Below are positions 24,940 to 38,214 of a stretch of 64,000 bases of DNA, one piece after another; within the stretch, counting starts at the first letter, position 1; each line of letters starts with the position of its first letter. The stretch is from Eledone cirrhosa (lineage: Eukaryota), in NCBI GenBank assembly GCA_964016885.1, contig OZ024766.1:12462001-12526000 (forward strand), read 5' to 3'. Below the pieces are notes generated by a model that was given only the letters and a program-made list of their open reading frames with translations, made no database searches and had not been told where the DNA came from. The translations under genes and the position numbers were made by a program.

Positions 24940-25050
24940 CACAAACATACACACACACTGTAAACAAGACAATGCATTCAATACAGACGTTTTCTCTTCT
25001 GCCGGTCTTCTCTTATCATTTGTTAACCTTGGCGAAGCTGGGAACCTCAT
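22810..25050 (+). mobile_element. Non-autonomous Helitron remnant, interrupted near its 5' end by an RTE
   Basis: 5' TCTATACTATAAAG; 24025-24205 encodes the PIF1-helicase C-terminus RLSFAITINKAQGQTL...GQLYVGCS..PEGRTKNIVYSEAL; degenerate subterminal hairpin CCTTGGCGAAGCTGGG at ~25027; terminal CTAG not seen. Confidence 0.65.
22824..23480 (+). mobile_element. GC-rich 5'-truncated RTE LINE with 11-bp TSD
   Basis: LEQVDHFTYLGS...LYASETW...FHQRCLRKIL; TSD ATACTATAAAG at 22813-22823 and 23481-23491; tail TAAGATAAG. Confidence 0.9.
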
Positions 25051-25061
25051 ATATTACGATC

Positions 25062-27348
25062 ATAATGTCGTGGGTTCGATTCCTGGGTTGAGTGTTGTGT
25101 TCTTGAGCAAAACACTTCATTTTACGTCACTCCATTATACTCAGCTGAAAATGAGTAGAAGCAATAGCTGGGGGTTTAACTCTGCGATGGACTGGCATCT
25201 TGTCCTGGGGGGGAGTCTTGTACTCTCAGTTGCTTAATATATACTTTACATAACCCTGCAGTGGACTGGTGTCCTGTTCAGGGGGGAGTCTAGTACTCTG
25301 TTGCTTAATATATACTTTACATAACCCTGCAGTGGACTGGTGTCCTGTCCAGGGGGGAGTCTTGTACTCTCAGTTGCTTAATATATACTTTACATAACCC
25401 TGTGATGGACTGGTGTCCTGTCCAGGGGGGAGTCTTGTACTCTCAGTTACTTAATATATACCTTACATAACCCTGCAGTGGACTGGTGTCCTGTCCAGGG
25501 GGGAGTCTTTTACTGTCAGTTGCTTAATATATACTTTACGTAACCCTGCAATGGACTGGTGTCCTGTCCAGGGGGGAGTCTTGTACTCTCAGTTGCTTAA
25601 TATATACTTTACATAACCCTGCGATGGACTGGTGTCCTGTCCAGGGGGGAGTCTAGTACTCTCAGTTGTTTAATATATACTTTACATAACCCTACGGTGG
25701 ACTGGTGTCCTGTCCAGGGGGGAGTCTAGTACTCTCAGTTGCTTAATATATACTTTACATAACCCTACGGTGGACTGGTGTCCTGTCCAGGGGGGAGTCT
25801 AGTACTCTCAGTTGCTTAATATATACTTTACATAACCCTGTGATGGACTGGTGTCCTGTCCAGGGTGGAGTCTAGTACCCTCAGTTGCTTAATATATACT
25901 TTACATAACCCTACGGTGGACTGGTGTCCTGTCCAGGGTGGAGTCTAGTACTCTCAGTTGCTTAATATATACTTTACATAACCCTGTGATGGACTGGTGT
26001 CCTGTCCAGGGGGGAGTCTTGTATTTTCAGTTGCTTAATATATACTTTACATAACCCTGTGATGGACTGGTGTCCTGTCCAGAGGGGAGTCTTATACCCT
26101 CAGTTGCTTAATATATACCTTACATAACCCTGCCGTGAACTGGTGTCCTGTCCAGAGGGGAGTCTTGTACTCTCAGTTGCTTAATATATACTTTACATAA
26201 CCCTACGGTGGACTGGTGTCCTGTCCAGGGTGGAGTCTAGTACTCTCAGTTGCTTAATATATACTTTACATAACCCTACGGTGGACTGGTGTCCTGTCCA
26301 GGGGGGAGTCTAGTACTCTCAGTTGCTTAATATATACTTTACATAACCTTGCGATGGACTGGTGTCCTGTCCAGGTGGGAGTCTCGTACTCTCAGTTGCT
26401 TAATATATACTTTACATAACCCTGCAGTGGACTGGTGTCCTGTCCAGAGGGGAGTCTTGTACTCTCAGTTGCTTAATATATACTTTACATAACCCTACGG
26501 TGGACTGGTGTCCTGTCCAGGGGGGAGTCTTTTACTGTGAGTTGCTTAATATATACTTTATATAACCCTGTGATGGACTGGTGTCCTGTCCAGGGGGGAG
26601 TCTTGTACTGTCAGTTGCTTAATATATACTTTAAATAACCCTGTGATGGACTGGTGTCCTGTCCAGGGGGGAGTCTTGTACTGTCAGTTGCTTAATATAT
26701 ACTTTAAATAACCCTGTGATGGACTGGTGTCCTGTCCAGGGGGGAGTCTTGTACTGTCAGTTGCTTAATATATACTTTAAATAACCCTGTGATGGACTGG
26801 TGTCCTGTCCAGGGGGGAGTCTTGTACTGTCAGTTGCTTAATATATACTTTAAATAACCCTGTGATGGACTGGTGTCCTGTCCAGGGGGGAGTCTAGTAC
26901 TCTCAGTTGCTTAATATATACTTTACATAACCCTGCGGTGGACTGGTGTCCTGTCCAGGGGGGAGTCTTGTACTCTCAGTAGCTTAATATATACTTTACA
27001 TAACCCTGCGGGGGACTGGTGTCCTGTCCAGGGGGGAGTCTTGTACTCTCAGTAGCTTAATATATACTTTACATAACACTGCGGTGGACTGGTGTCCTGT
27101 CCAGGGGGGGGAGTCTTGTACTCTCAGTAGCTTAATATATACTTTACATAACACTGCGGTGGACTGGTGTCCTGTCCAGGGGGGAGTCTTGTACTCTCAG
27201 TAGCTTAATATATACTTTACATAACCCTGCGGGGGACTGGTGTCCTGTCCAGGGGGGAGTCTTGTACTCTCAGTAGCTTCAGGCCATGAAACCAGGATAA
27301 GTACCAGCCAAATGAGACATCTGGCTTAAGACAAACTTTAAACTTTTA
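25062..27348 (+). mobile_element. tRNA-SINE (second body type) split by an internal 73-bp satellite
   Basis: B box GGTTCGATTCC, TTGAGCAAAACACTT body, then array, then tail GAAACCAGGATAAG...ACTTTAAACTTT. Confidence 0.75.
25180..27280. repeat. 73-bp minisatellite, ~29 copies
   Basis: ATAACCCTGCAGTGGACTGGTGTCCTGTCCAGGGGGGAGTCTTGTACTCTCAGTTGCTTAATATATACTTTAC repeated. Confidence 0.97.
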
Positions 27349-27411
27349 TATATATATATTATATAGTATACATGAGTGTCAATCTAATTTATCTATTACG
27401 GCAGCAAATCT

Positions 27412-27642
27412 CATCATCAACATCATCATTTTATGTCCACTTTTCCCTGCTTGCAAGGGTGGGACGGGAACTGATTCTGGCTTGATTTCTACAGCTGGAT
27501 GCCCTTCCTAACACCAACCTCATTTACAGTGAGTGCTGGGTGCTTTTTTGCCGTGGCACCTCCACGTCCACTTTGCAGTGGAATGATATGGACCGCAGTC
27601 CTTATCACCTCATTTCTACAGCTGAGTAAACTGGAGCAATGT
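27412..27642 (-). mobile_element. 5'-truncated SINE family A
   Basis: Reverse complement of the 3' two-thirds of 20651-20985. Confidence 0.88.
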
Positions 27643-27961
27643 AACTAGTTAGAGTACAGACAGGTAACTAGTCAGAATATAGGGTGAGATATATAGAGAG
27701 AAGACCAGAAACTTACTGAAGATTGATATTCCATGGTCTTAGTGATGTCTATTAAAAGTCAATATTAAAAGTCAATATGAAAAGTCAATATTGGTGATAC
27801 CGACCATTAAAATGTTTATATACTGCTTGGAGCAAGAAAAGGTACAAAGATTGTATGACAGAAGACTGAGTTTAGATATAAATCCATGGGAAAGGAAATA
27901 GGAATTTCTTAATCATAATATGGAGAAGGACAATTAACCCTCTAGCATTTACATTTACTCT

Positions 27962-28313
27962 ATCATCATCATCATCATCATCATTTCATTTTTACGTCCA
28001 CTTTTCCCTGCTTGCAAGGGTGGGACGGGAACTGATTCTGGCTTGATTTCTACAGCTGGATGTCCTTCCTAACACCAACCTCATTTACAGTGAGTGCTGG
28101 GTGCTTTTTTGTCATGGCACCTCCACGACCACTTTGCAGTGGAATGATAGGGACTCCAGTCACTATCATCTCATTTCTACAGCCGAGTAAACTGGAGCAA
28201 TGTGAAATAAAGTGTCTTGCTCAAGGAAAAAACACATCACCCTGTCTGAGAATTGAACTCACAACCTTTCGATTGCAAGCCCAATGCTCTAACCACTAAG
28301 CCATGTGCCTCCA
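27962..28313 (-). mobile_element. Full-length SINE family A
   Basis: Reverse complement match to 20651-20985. Confidence 0.92.
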
Positions 28314-28610
28314 TTCCTAGGTTCAAATCTCAAATACGCTCTCAAACAAAATATCAGATATGCACACAATCACATTTCTTCTATATATAAATTTCTGTGA
28401 TTCTGTCACAACATGTAAAGAGAGAGTAGTAGTTTGACTGCCTCATACTACTTCTCTCTCTTTACATCGGCTGCCTGCGTAAATGCATGTGTGTGTAAAA
28501 GGAAGGAAGGGGGGTCTATCTATATATAAATTTCTGTGATTCTGTCACATGTAAAGAGAGAGGAGAAGTTTGACTACCTCATATATATATATACACATAC
28601 ATATAAATGT

Positions 28611-28649
<39 letters not shown>

Positions 28650-28716
28650 TGATCAATAGCGAAACGCGTCACCAATCTATAATCCTAATGAAGGGTTAAC
28701 AAATCGTCCTTGTATT

Positions 28717-28755
<39 letters not shown>

Positions 28756-28767
28756 TATATATATATA

Positions 28768-29895
28768 AACAGAACCCAGATCCCCTCAGGGAAATGGCCT
28801 TGCTCAGTATGTAGGAAAGGTGTAGGTAGGAACTCCATTCTTTGCCCCAAATGCAAACAATGGGTACACAAGAGATGTAGCGGGATCTCAGGAAGCTTAA
28901 TTAAGAATGTAGGATTCACATGCAGCAGCTGTGCTGAAACAGCAAGCAAACAGCCACAGGAAACAAGTACCACCAATCTCTGGGAGGGCCCTGTAGAAAC
29001 AGTAGACAGCTTCTGCTACCTAGGTGACCGAATTAGCAACGGAGGTGGGTGCTCAGAAAGTACAATAACTAGGGTAAGAACGGGATGGAAGAAGTTTAGG
29101 GAACTACTACCACTGCTAGCTGCAAAAGGCTTCTCCCTCAGAATGAAAGGCAGACTGTATGATGCGTGTATCCGAACAGCGATGTTGCATGGTAGTGAGA
29201 CCTGGGCGCTGAAGGTGGAAGACTTACGTAGATTAGAGAGAAACGAAGCCTGCATGCTCCGATGGATGTGTAACAGTAATATACGTGAACGACAAAGCAT
29301 AAATGAATTGAGAGAGAGACTGAGCATAAGAGGAATCAAATGCTGCGTGCAGGAGAGGCGGTTACGCTGGTATGGACATGTGATGCGTATGAAGGATGAC
29401 AGCTGCATAAAAAGGTGCAGAGCACTAGAAGTTGATGGAAACCGCGGAGTGGGGAGACCCAAGATGACTTGGGATGAGGTGATAAGAGCCGACCTTACCC
29501 AACTACACCTCTCAAAGTCAATGACACACGACCGTGACTTCTGGCGTCACGCAGTAATACAGGGTACCCGACCTCCCATGGGTACATGCTGAAGCATATA
29601 AACAATATGCCCCCCCCCCCCCCACCGCAAGGTGGTCGTGGAGGTGCCACGGCAAAAAAGCACCCAGCCCACACTGTAAAGTGGACGTGTAGGCGCCACG
29701 AAAAAGCACCCAGCACTCACTGTAAATGAGGTTGGTGTTAGGAAGGGCATCCAGCTGTAGAAATCAAGCCAGATCAGTTCCTGTATGAGCAAGGCATGGT
29801 CAGCCGACCAGACACTGCCCACAACAGGACAACCCGTCTAACCCATGCTAGCGTGGAAGAACGGACGTAAAACGGTGATGATGATGATGATGATG
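28768..29895 (+). mobile_element. RTE LINE 3' ~1.1 kb, well preserved, with PHD-like finger and 3'UTR
   Basis: WPCSVCRKG..CPKCKQWVHKRC..FTCSSC, VDSFCYLGD, MLHGSETW, RRLRWYGHV, GRPKMTW; (GAT)n tail. Confidence 0.93.
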
Positions 29896-29984
29896 AAATA
29901 TATATATATATATTTACATATGTATATACATACTTATATATATACATATATATATATATACATACTTACATATGTATATATTGT

Positions 29985-30385
29985 TCATAACTCCCTCTGG
30001 TCGAGTAATCTTTGAAGTGTGGGGACTGCTGGAAAGCTTCCATTACTCATACTTCTCGCCTCCTTCACCACCTCTTCTACGGCTTCGATATAAATACCCC
30101 CTCCGCCTCCGTGGTATTTTCTTCGGGGTTATAAGAGGCTTAGCTCTGTTTCTCGACCGTTATATCGCGTGACTATCTCCCCCTCCGCCTTTTGGGATTC
30201 TTTCTCACGTCGTGTAGACGCGTTCTTGAGACTAGTAAAATGAGGTATCCTCTTGATAAGTCGGCAGACCTCGCAGGGACTCTATATCTTTATGATGTAT
30301 TGTTTTTGTTTATGCCACGAAACTACGTAGTTGAGGAATCTAGGAGCAGTTTAGGTATGATACATTTTATTACTAATTATATCTA
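29985..30385 (-). mobile_element. Possible degenerate Penelope-like RT-thumb/linker remnant
   Basis: Frameshifted minus-strand motifs LSRGY and AFQQSP/TLQRLL resemble the PLE L..RGYP and FRQPPNL..LL motifs. Confidence 0.3.
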
Positions 30386-30404
30386 AATGTTTCTTCTCTC
30401 TTCA

Positions 30405-31115
<711 letters not shown>

Positions 31116-31414
31116 TGATAATCAGTGTTAATTGATCCAATCAACCAACCAACAATTGCCAAACACTGAGATGTATAAACACATCTTCCATGGCAGCAGA
31201 TCCTATTTTCATACCATAGAAATGTGCATAACAGCAAGACATAATGGAATAAAATGATGTTGAGAATGTAATACATTGTCTCTACTCTAACACTTTTTCC
31301 TTGTCAATTCTTCAGTATATATCCTCGTCCTTCAACCCATATGTTAATTCCCTCAGTATCTGTCTCTCTCCCCTTCTCTATATATGTGACATCAGACACA
31401 ACAGATATCTATCT

Positions 31415-32175
31415 ATCATCATCATCATCGTTTAACATCCATTTTCCACTCTAGCATGGGTTAGACGGGAGTTGTCCCACTTGAGGCAAGGCTGGTCGGG
31501 TGACCGTGTCTCGCTTGTATAGGACTGTCTGGCAGGTTTTCTACGGCTGGATGCCCTTCCTAACACCAACCACATTTACAGTGTGGAACTGGGAGGTTTT
31601 TACCGTGTTACCTACACGGCCACATAACAGTGTGGACTGGGAGCCTTTTTACTGTGTCTCCTACACGGCCACATTACAGTGTGGACTGGGAGCCTTTTTA
31701 CCGTTACCTACACGACCACTTTACAGTGTGGACTGGGAGCCTTTTTACCGTGTTACCTACACGGCCACATAACAGTGTGGACTGGGAGCCTTTTTACTGT
31801 GTCTCCTACACGACCACTTTACAGTGTGGACTGGGAGCCTTTTTACTGTGTTACCTACAAGGCCACATTACAGCATGAACTGTGTGTTTATTTGTTGTGA
31901 CACCTACACGATCTCGATCTCATTATCTCGTGCTGTTGCTGGGAATGGGAGGATAGGGTAGGGGTAGTGGATTGGGGTGTATATTTGGTTAAGAGGTGCC
32001 TACTGACTGTAGGTTTCGCTTTGTACATAGGCAAGGCGGGTCTTCTGTATTACTGAGTAGCGCCAAAGATCTCGGTCTAGAGACATTGTCTTAGAGAGAT
32101 GTAAGTGTGTGAGGTCGGAATTTATCAGATCATCCCAGGTTTTTCTGGGTCTACCTACTCCGTAACTACCATCTA
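31415..32175 (-). mobile_element. RTE 3' end with ~6 copies of the 49-bp unit (31580-31910)
   Basis: GVGRPRKTWDDLINSDL..DRDLWRYSVIQKTRL, then 3'UTR and (GAT)n. Confidence 0.88.
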
Positions 32176-32945
32176 TATAACTAAAAGTCTTTGATTGCTT
32201 GCTTGTCTGTAATGTAATACAGGCATAAAGGTGTGTAACAGGAAAATACTTTGAAAGCCCTGAAATGGGAGTACAAATGGAATAAAACAAGTTTCGCGTA
32301 AATCGAAGCATGGGTTACCGAGATATGGCGTTTTCTGGGTACCTTCATAAACAGAGAGAGAAAGAGAAGACAGAGGAGAACGGGAGAGAGAGAGAGCTGG
32401 TGTTGTTGTTGTGTGTATATATGTGTGAGTGTGTGTATGTATATAGATCACAAACACCTGCATATATATACACACACATATACATATATATATATACATA
32501 TATGATGGCTGCCCCCTCGTTATCGAGTATGGCCCTTGTACGATATACCATTATTAACAATTATTAATTAATTCTATCGTGCAATGCCTGTGTGTGAAAG
32601 ATATTTTTTAAAGTGAGGAAAGACTGTGCACTGAGCCAATCCCACTCTCTGAGAGACAGTAGCTATAACCCGAAAAGAAGAAAAGATCAACATCATCGGT
32701 AACTACTGAGCCGCAGGTTTTATATCGGATTGATCCCAGTTTCCTGAGTTGCCTTCTCCTAGAAGAATGTCCTGACAAGGGCTAGGGGTCCTTCACTCCC
32801 GGTGGTTTAACCGCGTGGTACATGTGTATATATATATTTACACAATTTCTGATGGCCGTTGACTCTTATGAGTTCTTCCACACTTATATATATACATATA
32901 CATACATACATATATATATATACATACATACATATATATACATAT

Positions 32946-33456
32946 TCTGGGTATGGAAACAGCAGTTGGAAGCAAGAGGACTGAGAGTGAACCTAGCTAA
33001 GACAAAAGTGTTGATGAGTAGAAAAGAGGACAAAACTCTGATTCCGTCAGGGAAATGGCCATGTTCGATATGCAGAAAAGGAACTGGCATAAATTCTATA
33101 AAATGCACACAATGCAGATCTTGGGTACACAAGAGATGTAGTGGGATAGCAGGCAAACTAACAGGTAGGGAGAAATACGTCTGCAGTAGATGTACAGGGA
33201 AATTAGACAGTAGAAGTCGCATTGATAGACACATTTTTCAAATGCAGGTGGGTGCTATAGAAGTGGTGGATAGCTTCTGGTACCTAGATCAGATTAGCAT
33301 GGGAGAGGGGTGTTCCGAGGTCATAGTATCTAGAATAAGGATGGGTTGGAAAAAGTTTAGGGAGCTGCTTCCTCTGCTGACGAAGAAGGGTTTCTCCCTG
33401 CGTACAAAAGGCCGGTTATATGATGCCTGTGTGAGGAGCGCGATGCTGCATGGTAG

Positions 33457-33458
<2 letters not shown>
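32946..33458 (+). mobile_element. RTE LINE internal fragment with PHD-like finger
   Basis: WKQQLEARGLRVNLAKTK..WPCSIC..CTQC..HKRC..CSRC..WKKFRELLPLL. Confidence 0.9.
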
Positions 33459-33488
<30 letters not shown>

Positions 33489-33930
33489 CATACATACAAA
33501 CACACACATTTATGCATATACATACACCCACATATATATATATATATATGGGGCCTTCCAGTTTCATTTCACATTATATACATGTCTGTGTATATTTTAA
33601 TTATTTAAAAATTATTTTGAAGTGAACATGATTTTTTTTTTATATTTTGAAGTGAACATGGCCCAACGGGTTACTGGTGGTCAAGTATACTACTAAAACT
33701 CTGTGATTGTGTGCTTGTCTGCAATTTAATACAGCCAAAATGACACATAATGCGAAAATATTTTGAAATGAACGTGACCCAATGGGCCACGGATGGTCTA
33801 GTATATAATAAAGATTAGAAAAGAAATGACCAATATTACAATTATTTTTAATCACCCCCACAGTTTCGTACTTATACACAGTAAATATTTCTTCAACACT
33901 TTCTTCTTAATATTTCTAAAGAAATACACT

Positions 33931-35266
33931 TTAACCCTTTAGCATTTAAACCGGCCAGAATTCTCTCACCTCTTTCTGTTCAAACTGGCCACTCATTCTG
34001 ATATTAAGGCATTGTTCTCAAAATAAATAATATCAAAATCTCATAGATTTTATATTATGTGAGATAAAGCCTTTACTGTGAAAATACAATAGTATATATA
34101 GAGTAATGTAAATGTTATGTGAGGTATTATGTGAGGTAAAGCCTTTACTGTGAAAATACAATAGTATATATAGAGTAATGTAAATGTTATGTGAGGTATT
34201 ATGTGAGGTAAAGACTTTACTGTGAAAATACAATAGTATATATAGAGTAATGTAAATGTTATGTGAGATATTATGTGAGGTAAAGCCTTTACTGTGAAAA
34301 TACAATAGTATATATAAAGTAATGTAAATGTTATGTGAGGTATTATGTGAGGTAAAGACTTTACTGTGAAAATACAATAGTATATATAGAGTAATGTAAA
34401 TGTTATGTGAGATATTATGTGAGGTAAAGACTTTACTGTGAAAATACAATAGTATATATAGAGTAATGTAAATGCTATGTGAGATATTATGTGAGGTAAA
34501 GCCTTTACTGTGAAAATACAATAGTATATATAGAGTAATGTAAATGTTATGTGAGATATTATGTGAGGTAAAGCCTTTACTGTGAACATACAATAGTATA
34601 TATAGAGTAATGTAGATATTATGTGAGGTAAAGCCTTTACTGTGAACATACAATAGTATATATAGAGTAATGTAGATATTATGTGAGATATTATGTGAGG
34701 TAAAGCCTTTACTGTGAACATACAATAGTATATATAGAGTAATGTAGATATTATGTGAGATATTATGTGAGGTAAAGCCTTTACTGTGAAAATACAATAG
34801 TATATATAGAGTAATGTAAATGTTATGTGAGGTATTATGTGAGGTAAAGCCTGTACTGTGACAATACAATAGTATATATAGAGTAATGTAAATGTTATGT
34901 GAGATATTATGTGAGGTAAAGCCTGTACTGTGAAAATACAATAGTATATATAGAGTAATGTAAATGTTATGTGAGATATTATGTGAGGTAAAGCCTGTAC
35001 TGTGAAAATACAATAGTATATATAGAGTAATGTAGATATTATGTGAGATATTATGTGAGGTAAAGCCTTTACTGTGAAAATACAATAGTATATATAGAGT
35101 AATGTAAATGTTATGTGAGATATTATGTGAGGTAAAGCCTTTACTGTGAACATACAATAGTATATATAGAGTAATGTAAATGTTATGTGAGATATTATGT
35201 GAGGTAAAGCCTTTACTGTGACAATACAATAGTATATATAGAGTAATGTAAATGCTAAAGGGTTAC
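33931..35266. mobile_element. piggyBac-like non-autonomous element carrying a 72-bp satellite
   Basis: TTAA-CCCTTTAGCATTTA (33931-33948) ... TAAATGCTAAAGGG-TTAC (35249-35266): 14-bp perfect TIR, right TTAA mutated. Confidence 0.7.
34050..35255. repeat. 72-bp minisatellite, ~17 copies
   Basis: TATTATGTGAGGTAAAGCCTTTACTGTGAAAATACAATAGTATATATAGAGTAATGTAAATGTTATGTGAGA units; one 60-bp variant. Confidence 0.97.
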
Positions 35267-35384
35267 ATGTTTCAATAAATGTGGAAAATAATCAATAATT
35301 TGAAGGAATTCAGTAAGTTTTTCATTCCCAAGTCAATGTTTCTGATTTTACCTAATAAAAAGTTCTGATATAAATTTTTTAATA

Positions 35385-35831
35385 TACGAGGGAGGGGTGA
35401 AAAGTTCAAAGGCTGACTATGAAGGAGTGATGCTAGAGCTGTGAAATCGTGCATGCATTCATTTTAACTCTTCCTATTAATAACTGCATTGTTTCTTTCC
35501 AGGGACTATGTTGAAAAATAAACCTCATTTGGTCATTTCATGAGAGTATCTTGGTCAGCCTATAAACGAGTGATGCTAGAGCTGTGAAATCTTGCATGCA
35601 TTCATTTTAACTCTTCTCAATAACTACATTGTTTCTTTCAGGGGACTATGTTGAAAAATAAACCTCATTTGGTCATTCCATGAGAGTATCTTGGTCAGAC
35701 TATGAAATCTTGCATGCCGTAATTTCCACTCTTCTTCTTAATAACTGCATTGTTTCTTTCCAGAGACTATGTTGAAAAATAAACCTTATTTGGTCATTTC
35801 ATGAGAGTATCTTGGTCAGCTGACCCTCATA
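35385..35831. mobile_element. Mariner-like MITE with internal ~120-bp triplication
   Basis: TA-CGAGGG..AAAAGTT left end, degenerate CCCTCA-TA right end; three copies of GAAATC..GAGAGTATCTTGGTCAG. Confidence 0.55.
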
Positions 35832-35943
35832 TGTGCACTTTAAAAATGGGAAGGTTTGTTTCACAGAATAAGAAGCAGTTTCAGATGGGTTGGTATAAAA
35901 AATCTGAAGAGAAACAACATGGCAACACCAATCATCTACATAT

Positions 35944-37647
35944 TTATATTCCTGTATGAATACGTACATGTATAGTTAACTGACTTTTCCGAGAAAATGA
36001 TTTACCACAGATATCACAGTGATGAGATTTCTCTCCTGTATGAATAGACTTGTGCTGAGTTAGGGTACTTGAGAGAGAGAATGATTTACCACAGAAATCA
36101 CAGTGATATGGCTTCTCTCCTGTATGAATGCGTTTGTGTGCAGTTAAGTTACTTGCTACAGAGAATGATTTACCACAGATATCACACTGATGTGGTTTCT
36201 CTCCTGTATGAATACGTTTGTGTGCAGTTAAGTTGCTTGTCACAGAGAACGATTTACCGCAGATATCACAGTTGTATGGTTTCTCTCCGGTATGAATATA
36301 TTTGTGTGCATTTAAGTGACTTGTATGAGAGAATAATTTACCGCAGACATCACAATGATATGGCTTCTCTCCTGTATGAACCAATTTGTGCTTAGTTAAG
36401 TGATTTGAATCAGAGAATGACTTACCACAGATATCACAATGATGAAGTTTCTCTCCTGTATGAATATATTTGTGTTTTTCTAAATGTCCTGATCGAGAGA
36501 ATGCTTTACCACAGATACCGCAATTGTATGGTTTCTCTCCTGTATGAACACGTATGTGCACAGTTAAGTTGCTTGGCGCCGAGAATGGTTTTCCACAGAT
36601 ATCACAACTGTATAGTTTTTTTCCTGTATGAATAAATGTATGTAAAGTTAATTTTCGTTTTTCAGAGAATGATTTACCACAGGTATCACAGTGATGCGGT
36701 TTCTCTCGTTCATGAATATATTTGTGCTTAGCTAAGTGACTTGAATCGGAGAATGATTTACCACAGATATCACAATGATGAAGTTTCTCTCCTGTATGAA
36801 TATATTTGTGTTTTTCTAAATGACCTGACCGAGAGAATGCTTTACCACAGATACCGCAATTGTATGGTTTCTCTCCTGTATGAATACGTCTGTGTTCAGT
36901 TAAGTTGCTTGGCGCCGAGAATGGTTTTCCACAGATATCACAACTATATAGCTTCTCCCCTGTATGAACAAATGTATGCGTAGTTAATTTTCTTTTTTCA
37001 GAGAATGATTTACCACAGACATCACATTGATGTGGTTTCACTCCTGTATGACTATATTTATGTACAGATAAGTGACCCGCTTGAGTGAACAATTTACCAC
37101 AAACATCGCAGCTGTATGGCTTCTCTCCTGTATGAGTACGTTTATGTGCAGTGAGGTTACATTTCACAGAGAATGATTTACCACAGATATCACAGCTGTA
37201 TAATTTCTCACCTGTATGAGTATATTTGTGTCGAGTTAGGGTATTTGCCCGAGAGAATGATTTACCACAGACATCACAGTGATATGGTTTCTCTCCTGTA
37301 TGAATAGATTTGTGTGTATTTAAGTTAACTGCATGAGAGAATGCTAAACCACAGATATCACATTGATATGGTTTTTCTCCTGTGTGAGTTCGTTTGTGTG
37401 TAGATAAGTTGCCGGAATCAGAGAATGATTTACCACAGATATCACAGTGGTATGGTTTCTCTCCTGTGTGGCTACGTTTGTGTGTAGTGAGGTTACGTTT
37501 TTGTGAGAATGATTTACCACAGATATCACAATGATATGGCTTGTCTCCAGTATGAATGCGAATGTGTGTGGTGAGGTTACATTTTTGAGAGAATGATTTA
37601 CCACAGATATCACAGCAGTATGGTGATGTCCCTTCCTCTGCTGACAT
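35944..37647 (-). CDS. C2H2 zinc-finger protein, 567 aa, 20 fingers (CDIC type)
   Basis: Uninterrupted ORF of 28-aa repeats with HTGEKP linkers. Confidence 0.95.
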   Translation of the reverse strand: MSAEEGTSPYCCDICGKSFSQKCNLTTHIRIHTGDKPYHCDICGKSFSQKRNLTTHKRSHTGEKPYHCDICGKSFSDSGNLSTHKRTHTGEKPYQCDICGLAFSHAVNLNTHKSIHTGEKPYHCDVCGKSFSRANTLTRHKYTHTGEKLYSCDICGKSFSVKCNLTAHKRTHTGEKPYSCDVCGKLFTQAGHLSVHKYSHTGVKPHQCDVCGKSFSEKRKLTTHTFVHTGEKLYSCDICGKPFSAPSNLTEHRRIHTGEKPYNCGICGKAFSRSGHLEKHKYIHTGEKLHHCDICGKSFSDSSHLAKHKYIHEREKPHHCDTCGKSFSEKRKLTLHTFIHTGKKLYSCDICGKPFSAPSNLTVHIRVHTGEKPYNCGICGKAFSRSGHLEKHKYIHTGEKLHHCDICGKSFSDSNHLTKHKLVHTGEKPYHCDVCGKLFSHTSHLNAHKYIHTGEKPYNCDICGKSFSVTSNLTAHKRIHTGEKPHQCDICGKSFSVASNLTAHKRIHTGEKPYHCDFCGKSFSLSSTLTQHKSIHTGEKSHHCDICGKSFSRKSQLTIHVRIHTGI

Positions 37648-38045
37648 CTCTTCAGTGAAAAAAAAATATAAATCTTTTAAATTTATCTAATCTTCCATTT
37701 TTCTTTCATTTTACTTATCAGCAGAAAATACAGATATTTTTCTTGGTTTAGTTTTTTTAGTTTATTCCCAACAAATATTTCCTGTTAAATCTCCTTCAGC
37801 CATGCTCTTTCTTGACATCTGAAATGTTTCAAATTCCTTTGTAAATTTTAGCAACTTTAATAAGAATGCAGAATCTTCTTGAACATTTTCCAGTTCAGAA
37901 GAAATATTTCACTGTAATTCACTAAATGTTGATATAAAAAGACTTGTATAAATACTGTGTAAAATCTTTTGTTAGTCTTTTAAACAATGATATTGATGTT
38001 GTACCTGAAGTAAAAATCTCTCTTCTGTCAATGTCATGTGATATT

Positions 38046-38082
38046 CTGAAATAACAGAGAAACAAAATAAGATATAGAGGAG
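38046..38082 (-). promoter_or_regulatory. Predicted 3' splice acceptor of the ZNF coding exon
   Basis: Minus strand CTCCTCTATATCTTATTTTGTTTCTCTGTTATTTCAG; identical at 41393, 55321 and 63698. Confidence 0.7.
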
Positions 38083-38214
38083 ATTTAACAATCTGAAGAA
38101 CAGAAATCTTTCTATCAACCTCAGTTTAGAAGAAATATTTCACTGTAATTCACTAAATGTTGATATAAAAGGACTTATATGAATACTGTGTAAATTTTAG
38201 TGTTAGTTTTTAAA

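Noticed and set aside
28380-28582. ~140-bp-spaced duplicate starting TCTATATATAAATTTCTGTG as a Helitron end
   Set aside because: The duplication is real, but no 3' terminus or other support was found
34033-35229. 398-aa and 367-aa repeat ORFs
   Set aside because: Stop-free frames of a 72-bp satellite inside a TIR element; no protein features
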